IMG/VR virus record: IMGVR_UViG_3300012007_000011
Coordinates: 155-64,154 of that record
Reading direction: 5' to 3' (one strand)
Source: a virus
Lineage: Duplodnaviria; Heunggongvirae; Uroviricota; Caudoviricetes
Length of the DNA: 64,000 nt
Made by a program: the position numbers and the translations under genes. Under the pieces are notes generated by a model. That model made no database searches and was not told the DNA's origin. It saw only the letters and a list, made by a program, of their open reading frames with translations. Position 1 is the stretch's first letter; every line of letters starts with the position of its first letter. Shown piece after piece: positions 55,614 through 64,000 of the stretch.

Positions 55614-55883
55614 TTACACTTCCATATCTCCGTTATTACGATGCTTGCTTACATTCTTCCTAAGATTCTTGTAATTTCCACTCATAATAAGTTCATTCTT
55701 GCCAATCTTACATGTTGCATAGACATTGTTATTTCCATTCAAGAAATCAAGATTTCTTTTATTAACGATAATGTTATATCTGTTACAGAAATCAAGGAAA
55801 CAATCGTTGTCCAAGAAACCAATCGGCTGTCTATTTACATCAGACCACTCATAAAAAAGTACTTTTACATCATTACATTCCAT
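55614..55883 (-). CDS. hypothetical protein (89 aa)
   Basis: ORF. Confidence 0.4.
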   Translation of the reverse strand: MECNDVKVLFYEWSDVNRQPIGFLDNDCFLDFCNRYNIIVNKRNLDFLNGNNNVYATCKIGKNELIMSGNYKNLRKNVSKHRNNGDMEV

Positions 55884-55941
55884 AATTCAAAATATTTTAA
55901 CATTTTATTATCCTTTTACAAATATAATTCAAATTTTTCAC

Positions 55942-56652
55942 TTAACGAAATAATTTTGGGGTTTTTATTGGTTTTCCACCATTTTTAATTGAATCATACC
56001 ACTGACCATTGGTATCCAAACCAAGTATCTCTGTGCCGATTAACTTATCAGCAACTATCTTCACTATATCTTCACCACATCTTCCTTCATAATCCTTTTT
56101 CAAATAGTTTTCTCTTTCTTCTTGGTATTTCTTGCTCTGTATGAAACCACAACAAGACAACTCCGGACAAAATCCCCTATAAACACAATCGGGAACCATC
56201 TTGTCAGCCATTACCGGGTCAATCTTCCTAATTGCTTCCCTTACTTGTTTCCATGCTTCCCTTGTTTCCGTGCTTGCACAACCACACAAACGCTTTCTTG
56301 ATATGTTTATCAGTGACTGAGCGTTGCAACTCATCATCATATCGTTAAGGCTTCCTTGCGGCATTTCATCACGTGGAACAGGGTTATCACGTCTGTCTTG
56401 TCTTTGGGAATGTACAAACTTCTCACAACCTATGTAGTGTCGTACAAGATGTGTAGTAACCCAAGTCTTGATATTATTCCATTTGAAATCATATTCAACA
56501 AGTCTGATTGGAGAATGTTCTGCCAATAATATAGAAGCCCACCATTTCTTAGTAGGCTCTTTATTTATTTCTTCTTTGCCAATTGTTTCCCTTGCAGCGT
56601 TCAATGCCCTTTTCCATGTTGTAGCCATTGTACATTTTACTATCTCACTCAT
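55942..56652 (-). CDS. thyX: flavin-dependent thymidylate synthase ThyX-like
   Basis: LVRHYIGCEKFVHSQRQDR matches the ThyX signature RHR-x7-8-SQR; 236 aa is the right size. Confidence 0.5.
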   Translation of the reverse strand: MSEIVKCTMATTWKRALNAARETIGKEEINKEPTKKWWASILLAEHSPIRLVEYDFKWNNIKTWVTTHLVRHYIGCEKFVHSQRQDRRDNPVPRDEMPQGSLNDMMMSCNAQSLINISRKRLCGCASTETREAWKQVREAIRKIDPVMADKMVPDCVYRGFCPELSCCGFIQSKKYQEERENYLKKDYEGRCGEDIVKIVADKLIGTEILGLDTNGQWYDSIKNGGKPIKTPKLFR

Positions 56653-57676
56653 TGTCTGCTTCCATTAAATCCGTTATTATTACTGTTTTGTTTTCTCTGA
56701 AATATCTGAATCCATTTAGGAAATCCTCAATATTCATAATTTTCTTACTGGCAATCTGTATTCTCTTTATATAAACACATTTTCCACAATCCGCCAAATT
56801 CAATCTCACAAACGTTTTGCCATCACTTTCACAATACAAAGTCTGCACGTTCATTGGTGTTTCTTCTTTATTAACAACTTCAACATCATAAATCTTGGCT
56901 TCAAATTTCTTCTCATTATTGTCTTCGTCAATTACATAGATAATGCAAGGTAAACCAACATTGTCAACAGAATTGACCAACCTTTGCATTCTTTCACAAT
57001 CAAAATGAGACCAATGACAACGGAAATAATCTGAATTTATCTTATGTGCGTCAATAACATATTCATGTTCATGATTCCAACTTGGTTGTACAATCAAACA
57101 ATCCTTCCAATCTTCATGTTGAAGGACATCTTCAATGACATGTCCCGTAAAGTCCACACAAGCATTCGATAACTTCTTGTATAAGGTGGTATATTTCTCT
57201 CCTGCTGCGATTTTAACTCTTGTGTTGGCAATTATATCACCGTGGTCAATTTTGTCGTTTAGAACGAATGCTGTAAGTCCCGTCTCCTTATAACCAAGTT
57301 TGATTGCCCAATTGATTGGTGCTGCACCACGAAGAAATGGTAAAAGAGAAGCATGAACATTAAAAGCACACTTCTTCGCAAGTTTGATTATTTCCTTTGG
57401 CAGTTTCTTAAATGAAATAACACAGAAGATATCGGCATCCATTCTTTTCAACCAATCAATAAAGAAAGCATCTTCTTCAAACTTTTCTCCCTTTATCATA
57501 TAATAAGGAACTCTTAGTTCCTCTGCAACTTGTTTTATTGTCTTCTTGTGAAACCTGACTTTATCATTAGCACAAGTAACAAGACCAACAATATTGCTGC
57601 CATTATTTACCAATGTTTCAAACGTGTCAATTGCAAAATCACCATTTGCAAAAAATACTACTCTATCCTTTGTCAT
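56645..57676 (-). CDS. formyltransferase, methionyl-tRNA formyltransferase (Fmt)-like with a C-terminal domain
   Basis: N-terminal RVVFFANGDFAIDTFETLV...IVGLVTCAND matches the Fmt IVFMGTPDFA...VVT.PD motif; NVHASLLPFLRGAAPINWAI is the formyltransferase catalytic motif; the 343 aa include an Fmt-like C-terminal domain. Overlaps thyX by 8 nt. Confidence 0.6.
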   Translation of the reverse strand: MTKDRVVFFANGDFAIDTFETLVNNGSNIVGLVTCANDKVRFHKKTIKQVAEELRVPYYMIKGEKFEEDAFFIDWLKRMDADIFCVISFKKLPKEIIKLAKKCAFNVHASLLPFLRGAAPINWAIKLGYKETGLTAFVLNDKIDHGDIIANTRVKIAAGEKYTTLYKKLSNACVDFTGHVIEDVLQHEDWKDCLIVQPSWNHEHEYVIDAHKINSDYFRCHWSHFDCERMQRLVNSVDNVGLPCIIYVIDEDNNEKKFEAKIYDVEVVNKEETPMNVQTLYCESDGKTFVRLNLADCGKCVYIKRIQIASKKIMNIEDFLNGFRYFRENKTVIITDLMEADNE

Positions 57677-57947
57677 TATAGTTCCCTTTTATTTTCTTAT
57701 TATCAACGATTTTATTTCCATACCATACTGTTTCTGTTCCAATATCACCTTCAGAATTACCCAAATCAATGTATGACCGAAAATCATATATTTGGCCTTT
57801 TGTAGTTATATCTTTCTTCATCCTGTATGTCAAAAATAACTTCCTTGCAATCCTTTTTTGTTTCTCCCTCACCGCCACCACCATAACATACGTTAGGCAA
57901 TGATATGCCTGTTGGAATGCCATTCGCATTAGTATAGACCAGTGCAT
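57663..57947 (-). CDS. hypothetical protein (94 aa)
   Basis: ORF in the operon. Confidence 0.4.
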   Translation of the reverse strand: MHWSILMRMAFQQAYHCLTYVMVVAVREKQKRIARKLFLTYRMKKDITTKGQIYDFRSYIDLGNSEGDIGTETVWYGNKIVDNKKIKGNYNDKG

Positions 57948-57982
57948 CCATGTTATAATCTAATAATATGGTAATCAATTCT

Positions 57983-58264
57983 TTAACTGTTAAAATCTTT
58001 CTCATATCGTTCTATGTATTTTCGTTTTATTTTTTCTATGTATTTCAATACATCCTCTTTATTTTCAAATTCGCCATTTTCCAAAAAAAGTTCAATAAAC
58101 TCTTCCGTGTTGCATATTGGACAAGGAATGTCACCACCAATAAAATAACCCTCACTGTCCCAAGAATCCATATCATACAGATAGCCATCCAAACATACAG
58201 CATCAGGATACGATGCACCGAAAAGTGGAAATTCTATACCACATCCTTTTTTATTCTTCTCCAT
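57983..58264 (-). CDS. hypothetical protein (93 aa, CPIC zinc-binding-like)
   Basis: ORF. Confidence 0.4.
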   Translation of the reverse strand: MEKNKKGCGIEFPLFGASYPDAVCLDGYLYDMDSWDSEGYFIGGDIPCPICNTEEFIELFLENGEFENKEDVLKYIEKIKRKYIERYEKDFNS

Positions 58265-58730
58265 TTTTCAATTGTTTATATAATTCCTCAATATATTCTT
58301 CCCTTTGTCTCTTCCATTCATCATAATTGTCAATGACTTCCCCGTAATAATCAATAGGGGGTGTTATTCGTTCTGGTGATATAAATGGAAACACTACTCT
58401 TAAAGGAAGCATATAAAGCATTTGCTTGGTCACGTTCTTCCTCACATCAGGTGCCCATTTCATCACATCTTCCCTGATATAATCAAAACAGTATTTCTTC
58501 TTTTGTCCAAGTGTTCTTTTCCATTCTTCAAAAAAATCATTCAGTCCGATTTTATTGCAATACATACCAGGTGCTATTTCATATTTATTTTCGTTTATTT
58601 TCTTCGGATAAGGAAATTCAATTTCCATTTCCTTTAACTCTTTCGTGAAATCAAATGGCAAACTTGGTGCTCCACGTCTTATAGGCTCAAATAGTTTTTT
58701 CTTCTTCTCCATAATAATCTTTAATTTCAA
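58251..58730 (-). CDS. hypothetical protein (159 aa)
   Basis: ORF; start uncertain because it overlaps 58687..58908. Confidence 0.4.
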   Translation of the reverse strand: MKLKIIMEKKKKLFEPIRRGAPSLPFDFTKELKEMEIEFPYPKKINENKYEIAPGMYCNKIGLNDFFEEWKRTLGQKKKYCFDYIREDVMKWAPDVRKNVTKQMLYMLPLRVVFPFISPERITPPIDYYGEVIDNYDEWKRQREEYIEELYKQLKNGEE

Positions 58731-58908
58731 ATGTTACGTCATCGCCATACATTACAAGAGTGTTTCCAATATTTGACATATCGCTCACCTTTGGTTCATC
58801 AATCATATGTTCAAGACAATAGCCAACAATTGTTATAAATGCAGTTTCCAATGATATGTTTTCTATTATTTCATCAAATTCTTTATCTAATATCCTAAGT
58901 GTTACCAT
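58687..58908 (-). CDS. hypothetical protein (73 aa)
   Basis: ORF. Confidence 0.3.
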   Translation of the reverse strand: MVTLRILDKEFDEIIENISLETAFITIVGYCLEHMIDEPKVSDMSNIGNTLVMYGDDVTFEIKDYYGEEEKTI

Positions 58909-59064
58909 ATTAAAGGTATTTTTGTTTCTGTTTTACAATCATGATGTTGCATTTTCATCCTATCCAATTCATATTGCACGTGTTGTTTGTACCAACAATT
59001 GTTACAATCGTTGTTGTTGAAGCAATACCTATCACATCCGTAGTGTGCTAAAAGACGTTCTATT

Positions 59065-59328
59065 TCACTCATTTTCTAATGTTTTGTAGAACTCGTCAAA
59101 TGCTATACTAAGACTATTCCCTCCATCATTCCAAAATGGTATAGGTTCGTTTTCCTTATGTGACGGAATACCATACTTTTCACATTCCTCTATCCATTTC
59201 TCCTTTATTGGGGCAATATTTACAGGAATGGCATCACCTCTTCCGTTGTCAGTTACCCAACCTAACTGCTGTTTAGAACCATCGTCTAAAATTCTAAATA
59301 ATCTGTCGTTTTCTACTTTATATTCCAT
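59065..59328 (-). CDS. hypothetical protein (87 aa)
   Basis: ORF. Confidence 0.4.
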   Translation of the reverse strand: MEYKVENDRLFRILDDGSKQQLGWVTDNGRGDAIPVNIAPIKEKWIEECEKYGIPSHKENEPIPFWNDGGNSLSIAFDEFYKTLENE

Positions 59329-59331
59329 ATT

Positions 59332-59802
59332 TCATTCATTTATAAGATTATCTCTTACTGAAGGTTTAACATTACATTCTCCATATTTTTCTTCTATTAA
59401 AGTCTTCTGTTTTTTTAATACTGCTATTAAGGATGCGTTGTCATCACCTTCATCCTCATGGTCAACATACAGACATTCATATTCATATTGTCCAAAGTCC
59501 TCAATGAAATTATATCTTATCATTTCTCTGATATGGTCTTCAAAATCAAGATACCCTATTCTCATTTCACCTGCATTTCCAACTACTTTAACGTATACCT
59601 CATTATATGGTATGGATGTATAGAAAAGAAATGAACCATTTTCATTGGTTACTGGCTTTATTTCAGTATAAGGGACAAAAATCTCCGTTAAAAGCACATC
59701 ATCAAATGTCATTCCTAATGATTTTGGTTCTTTAAATATGTATCTTTCAAACGGATAACATTCATTGAAACACTTTAAAAAATCTTCATCATAACTATTC
59801 AT
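59332..59802 (-). CDS. hypothetical protein (156 aa)
   Basis: ORF. Confidence 0.45.
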   Translation of the reverse strand: MNSYDEDFLKCFNECYPFERYIFKEPKSLGMTFDDVLLTEIFVPYTEIKPVTNENGSFLFYTSIPYNEVYVKVVGNAGEMRIGYLDFEDHIREMIRYNFIEDFGQYEYECLYVDHEDEGDDNASLIAVLKKQKTLIEEKYGECNVKPSVRDNLINE

Positions 59803-59805
59803 AAC

Positions 59806-60204
59806 TTATTCCTTTCTATTTCCTAATTTTAATATAAACACTTCCTTATCCTCTGGTGCTCCCCATTCTGTTTTTCCCTTTCCAATTGTAATACCTTTTA
59901 ATTCAAACAACATTGTTCGTTTGGTATATCCATAACGGAATCGGATGTGCGTATAAGCCCTTGTTCCATACTTATTTATCAAATATTTGTAACTATGACA
60001 TAATGGGTTTTCAATATTCGTTTCTGTAACACAATCGAACATATGTCCCTCATAGCATTTTATCCCTAATGGGTAAGAATATAACAATCTATTGCACCAA
60101 TATGGCTTAATCTCACGATATTCTTCTTTCTTGATACCACTTTCAATCATTTCGTACCACTCTTTTTTCAGTGGTAAATCAAGTACTATATTTTGTTTTA
60201 TCAT
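59806..60204 (-). CDS. hypothetical protein (132 aa)
   Basis: ORF. Confidence 0.45.
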   Translation of the reverse strand: MIKQNIVLDLPLKKEWYEMIESGIKKEEYREIKPYWCNRLLYSYPLGIKCYEGHMFDCVTETNIENPLCHSYKYLINKYGTRAYTHIRFRYGYTKRTMLFELKGITIGKGKTEWGAPEDKEVFILKLGNRKE

Positions 60205-60232
60205 AACATTTAATCGTATTGGTTTGACTTAT

Positions 60233-60451
60233 TCAATGTGCTAAATAATCGAATTTCCAACAAAAATCCATGTTATACATTGGTGTATCAAGACTTTCAT
60301 CTGGATAGAAATCATTCTTCCTGATATCAATACCAACCAATTCAACATCATATTCTTCTGAAAAATCTCTTATTAATTTTGAGATTTTTGTTTTGAGTTT
60401 GATTTCGTCATCAACTCTTTTCTTCGCCTTTTTATCTTTACTCGTCATCAT
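60233..60451 (-). CDS. hypothetical protein (72 aa)
   Basis: ORF. Confidence 0.35.
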   Translation of the reverse strand: MMTSKDKKAKKRVDDEIKLKTKISKLIRDFSEEYDVELVGIDIRKNDFYPDESLDTPMYNMDFCWKFDYLAH

Positions 60452-60723
60452 TTATAATAATATTTTTGTTTAGTCATAAAAACCTTATCGTAATCATCAA
60501 ATGCTAATTGTATGTTATCCTTATATTCTGAAATTTGCGTATCACCATCCTCAATGTAAAATTCAAGCCATTCATACACTTTTTCCTTAAGTTTTTTATT
60601 ACCCTTTGTTTGTATTTTGATAATATTAATAAGGTGAGATGAAACACCACCAACTTCAATACCATTTCCTGGATAACAGATATAATATGCTAATGCTTGT
60701 GCTAATTTTTCAATTCTGCTCAT
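60448..60723 (-). CDS. hypothetical protein (91 aa)
   Basis: ORF. Confidence 0.4.
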   Translation of the reverse strand: MSRIEKLAQALAYYICYPGNGIEVGGVSSHLINIIKIQTKGNKKLKEKVYEWLEFYIEDGDTQISEYKDNIQLAFDDYDKVFMTKQKYYYK

Positions 60724-61441
60724 TTTCTTTTTCAGTATTTATTCCTTTCAAAAAATCAATAATCTCGTCATGATACGGGTTATCTTCACTTGGAAGCACG
60801 GCCTTTATCCTGTCTATAACCTCCCTGTCATGATTATAAGTCTTCCACAAGATTTCTGCGCTTACTCTATTCTTGTCATAATTGCCACTGAACAATTTCT
60901 GCTCAATTTCCTTTTCTTTATCCCTAATCTTCTTGAGTTGTTCCTCAGTTACTCTATCCTTACACATAAGTCCAAGATAGAAAGCATTAGTCCATTCATT
61001 TTCAAGGGAATCAGCACATGTACCTTCAAATTTGAACAGTCTTTGATAGTCTTGTCTTCGTCCTCTGAAATAGTTTGAAAGTTCGTTATTAACAATTTGA
61101 TTCTTCCTTTTCTTTATGGTTTGAAGCACTTCATATCCTTCCTTCAATGACGGACATTCAACAATCTCATTAAGAATGGTCTTTATTCTTGCACAAACCT
61201 CTGCACGTCCCTGACTTATCCAACCCTGATATGTTGTTGTCCATAGGTTTTTCCGTTCGTCTGAGCGCACTTTATCCACCTCCTTGAGATATTGTTCAAC
61301 AGCATCATAAAGACGCTTCACAACACGCCTAATTCGGTCTTGAAACTCTGCTTCAGATATTTCAAGTGTGTCTTTATCATTCAGTAATTGTGAGAGAAGT
61401 TCACTCTTCTCTTGTTTTGATAAACTACTTACATTAATCAT
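60710..61441 (-). CDS. hypothetical protein (243 aa)
   Basis: ORF. Confidence 0.5.
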   Translation of the reverse strand: MINVSSLSKQEKSELLSQLLNDKDTLEISEAEFQDRIRRVVKRLYDAVEQYLKEVDKVRSDERKNLWTTTYQGWISQGRAEVCARIKTILNEIVECPSLKEGYEVLQTIKKRKNQIVNNELSNYFRGRRQDYQRLFKFEGTCADSLENEWTNAFYLGLMCKDRVTEEQLKKIRDKEKEIEQKLFSGNYDKNRVSAEILWKTYNHDREVIDRIKAVLPSEDNPYHDEIIDFLKGINTEKENEQN

Positions 61442-61839
61442 AATTCAATCTCTTTTTTAATTCCGCATAAACGCATAAGATGTTGCAGTTCATAAAGATA
61501 TGTTATTGGCATTTCTCTAATGGTAATACAACCGATACTTGCATCAATGTAATTGTAGAGGTGAGTATAATTGTACTCTTTTAGCATAAAAATGATTTGA
61601 TATTCATGTTCAGAATCATAGTAAATACAAGCATCATTTCTCTTTTCCCATTCATTTTTCTCAAGAATTTCTGAGGTAATGGGGATAGGCTCAATATTAT
61701 CATAAGTTTCCCAAACAAGTTCATCACTCCCACCGCATGAAACTAATAAACAACATTCATTAGGGGTTATACTTTGGATTAATGCAAATCTATTGCCATA
61801 TTTCACCCAATCCCCAACCATAACTTCTTTTGCTTCCAT
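61438..61839 (-). CDS. hypothetical protein (133 aa)
   Basis: ORF. Confidence 0.45.
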   Translation of the reverse strand: MEAKEVMVGDWVKYGNRFALIQSITPNECCLLVSCGGSDELVWETYDNIEPIPITSEILEKNEWEKRNDACIYYDSEHEYQIIFMLKEYNYTHLYNYIDASIGCITIREMPITYLYELQHLMRLCGIKKEIEL

Positions 61840-61842
61840 GAC

Positions 61843-62454
61843 CTATTCTATATTTTTTAAAACTTCTTTATTCTTTGTATACACAATTAACCAACCAATA
61901 TCATCAAATATACAGCATACAGACCAAAGGAAAAGTGATACTTTCAGACTTGGTAATGCAATGAGTGCAGAAACGTATCCAATAATACAAACAATTCCGC
62001 TTACAATGCTTACATTGTTATCATATATTTCCCTCTCTTTTTCAACCCACAATTTTGCTTTAAATGCCATTATACATTTTCCAACAAATGTTGATATGAT
62101 GGTTGTATATACCAGTGAAGCAATGGCAAATATCCACACATTCCAATTTATAAAACAAAGATAAAATCCCAATAAACAACCGCATAGTGATTCAGCAAAA
62201 GCAAGATAGAAAAAATACCTTATTGCTTTTTTTCTCACATTTTTCTGCCAAAACATTCCTATTAACAGTCCTGCAATTGAAGCAGCCAAACTTTCAAATG
62301 CAATCCATTGTGCTGGTAAGTTTGAAATGATTTCCTTTACCAATGTGGGATGGGCATAAGTGATTAAAAGACCGCTTACTACAAGACTCATTAAAAGCCA
62401 AGATTGGTTTTTATCTGGGTGTATGTTAACATATCCCAAAAGTTTCTTAATCAT
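61843..62454 (-). CDS. integral membrane protein (203 aa, about 5-6 TM segments)
   Basis: Hydrophobic segments throughout. Confidence 0.45.
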   Translation of the reverse strand: MIKKLLGYVNIHPDKNQSWLLMSLVVSGLLITYAHPTLVKEIISNLPAQWIAFESLAASIAGLLIGMFWQKNVRKKAIRYFFYLAFAESLCGCLLGFYLCFINWNVWIFAIASLVYTTIISTFVGKCIMAFKAKLWVEKEREIYDNNVSIVSGIVCIIGYVSALIALPSLKVSLFLWSVCCIFDDIGWLIVYTKNKEVLKNIE

Positions 62455-62780
62455 AATTTCTTCAATTCTGTAATTAGAGCATTCGCTTGTGAAACTGCCA
62501 TTGAAGCAATTTGTTTTTCATTAAATGTCATTTCTGTATCAGAAGTAATCAAAGCGTTCATTGCAAACATAGCAGCCAAATTGCGTATTGCATCCCAATT
62601 CGTAGTATCTTTTACAGTTTCGTTAGTTTCTGTTTCTTCATCAATGTCATCTTCACTACAAAGTCCATATTCAGTATTACCACATTTAGGACATCTGTAC
62701 ATATATTGTGGTGGATAAGAAGTAAAAACTTGGCTTCTGTCTGCAATCATTTTTGCTCCACAGTTACTGCATTTCTTCAT
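62451..62780 (-). CDS. zinc-ribbon protein (109 aa)
   Basis: CSNCG...CPKCG pair. Confidence 0.45.
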   Translation of the reverse strand: MKKCSNCGAKMIADRSQVFTSYPPQYMYRCPKCGNTEYGLCSEDDIDEETETNETVKDTTNWDAIRNLAAMFAMNALITSDTEMTFNEKQIASMAVSQANALITELKKL

Positions 62781-63781
62781 TTTTTATTATTGTTTTTATT
62801 TGTTATTTCCTCAATATCAAATTCCTCACAAAATCTTGCATTCATACTCTCATAATCAAAATGGTAATCAATTTCACTTAATTCCTTCCCCTTATAAAGT
62901 TTATATGCAATGGAGTGATATTGTAATGGTACACCAATCAATTTGAATTTCCCATCAGTACAGAAATAATCTTTCATAAAGAAAGTTTTCCTTACGCTTC
63001 TGCTTTCTTTAAACACAAGATTATAGCCCCTTAAATGAAAAAATTCAACATGTACATCAAAACCGATTTCTTTTGCTATTTTTTCAATATCTCTTCTTAA
63101 TGCAAAACATGTAAGTTTATCATTATATAAAAGAAATTCAGTCTTAAATATGATTTCATCATTTGATAATGATACACATTTATCTGTAACATATGGGAAA
63201 TACTCGATAACCTTTTTATAAATTTGTGTTATAAAATATTTCTCTGCCGTAATGTGTCTCTTTGGATTGAGTTTTCCAAAAATAACCTCACGTGTATACT
63301 TGCTCGTCTTCACATAATCCAAATCAGTGAATTTACCAATAAAATCTTCATATGTATCAGCACCAAACACAATATCTTTATCAATATTTCTTAATGTTTG
63401 AAAATTAGCCTTTTTCAAGTCAATTGATATGAAAAATTCGCCAATGTTATCGTTGTTATAAATGTTATTAGAAGTTATATTTGGTCTATCCTTAATTGTA
63501 AAAACATTCATATCCATTGTGTTAAATTTCTGGAATGCCTCACTATCCATAACAGTAGTAATAATTTTATCCCTGACATTGTAGTAATCTTCCAAAAACT
63601 TATTGCAATCCCCATCATATTTTTTATTAATCATATCAAGAAGTTGGTTGTATTTTTCTAATGAACCATAGTCATCTTGATACAGATTTAAATGATAGAA
63701 AAAATATTCCTCATTAATCAGTGGAATTGGAAGTTTGTAATCACTGATAAACCTTTTTGCTAATTCTCTGTTGTATAACAT
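62777..63781 (-). CDS. hypothetical protein (334 aa), first gene of the - strand block
   Basis: Long ORF. Confidence 0.5.
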   Translation of the reverse strand: MLYNRELAKRFISDYKLPIPLINEEYFFYHLNLYQDDYGSLEKYNQLLDMINKKYDGDCNKFLEDYYNVRDKIITTVMDSEAFQKFNTMDMNVFTIKDRPNITSNNIYNNDNIGEFFISIDLKKANFQTLRNIDKDIVFGADTYEDFIGKFTDLDYVKTSKYTREVIFGKLNPKRHITAEKYFITQIYKKVIEYFPYVTDKCVSLSNDEIIFKTEFLLYNDKLTCFALRRDIEKIAKEIGFDVHVEFFHLRGYNLVFKESRSVRKTFFMKDYFCTDGKFKLIGVPLQYHSIAYKLYKGKELSEIDYHFDYESMNARFCEEFDIEEITNKNNNKK

Positions 63782-64000
63782 ATTGTAAAAATTAAAAACC
63801 CCAATAGAGACTTATCCTGCCATTCTCCTTATACGGTGGTCAAATCCGAAGCCTGCGTTTCAAACAGGTATGGGGTAGATTTTTGTTTAATATTAAAATG
63901 AATTGGTCATCCAAGTATCCAAGAAATCGGATAATACTGATTTTGCCTCTTTTTTACCGATATAGCCTTTACCATAGAGCATTCTGCAAATTTCCCCTAA

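Noticed and set aside
62777-63781. Possible T4 Rnl1-like RNA ligase or primase assignment for the 334-aa - strand protein.
   Set aside because: No K.DG nucleotidyltransferase motif or primase motifs were identified.
1-64000. Alternative genetic code (for example TAG recoding, as in some large Bacteroidetes phages).
   Set aside because: Long conserved genes (metK, guaC-like, ligase, MTases) are full length under the standard code with normal stops.
1-64000. CRISPR arrays, integrase/att sites, rRNA and canonical tRNA genes.
   Set aside because: No spaced direct repeats, no tyrosine/serine recombinase motifs and no complete cloverleaf were found.

Overview
The window is AT-rich (about 30% GC) and almost gap-free coding DNA. 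Genes run mostly on the + strand from 1 to 53.3 kb, followed by a - strand block from 53.3 to 63.8 kb. Many short genes are coupled by ATGA or TAATG overlaps.

At least 18 intergenic regions carry the Bacteroidetes sigma-A promoter architecture: TTTG at -33, a 19-20 bp spacer, then TAnnTTTG at -7. These sit inside a longer conserved module (TTTTTAAC..AAATATTTGG..TAnnTTTGCAA). The promoters and gene content indicate a large dsDNA bacteriophage, or phage-like element, of a Bacteroidetes host. The window looks like its replication, nucleotide-metabolism and accessory arm rather than the virion module. No integrase, CRISPR array, rRNA, terminase, portal or capsid gene is present. The standard genetic code is in use.

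Recognisable genes:
- SSB and a DEDDh 3'-5' exonuclease.
- A RecB/Cas4/YqaJ-type PD-(D/E)XK nuclease.
- Three DNA methyltransferases: two beta-class (SPPY) and one Dam-like (DPPY).
- S-adenosylmethionine synthetase (MetK) and two radical-SAM enzymes.
- A GMP-reductase (GuaC)-like enzyme.
- ThyX overlapping an Fmt-like formyltransferase.
- A Macro-domain protein and two calcineurin-like metallophosphoesterases.
- Two free-standing homing-endonuclease-like genes: tandem zinc-ribbon modules with a Vsr/PD-(D/E)XK-like C-terminus.
- A YqiJ(NfeD)/YqiK(flotillin) pair.
- An FNT-family channel-like protein and a PI-PLC-like protein.
- A repeat-rich tail-fibre-like gene.

Strongest lead 1 is a dispersed tRNA repair and maintenance toolkit. 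It comprises an HD-phosphohydrolase fused to a T4-Pnk-like kinase, an Rnl2-type ligase fused to a tRNA-binding OB (Myf/Trbp111) domain, a second minimal ligase, a Thg1-like 3'-5' nucleotidyltransferase, the Fmt-like enzyme, and a promoter-driven ~205-nt tRNA-like ncRNA. In that RNA the acceptor stem, D-arm and T-arm enclose a ~130-nt insert.

Strongest lead 2 is a pair of paralogous - strand genes with a shared ~130-bp 5' module. Each is interrupted by a long poly-G (C on + strand) tract of 13 or 10 nt. Both are out of frame by the same +1 nt, which suggests a phase-variable or slippage-controlled, adhesin-like (BspA-type LRR) pair.
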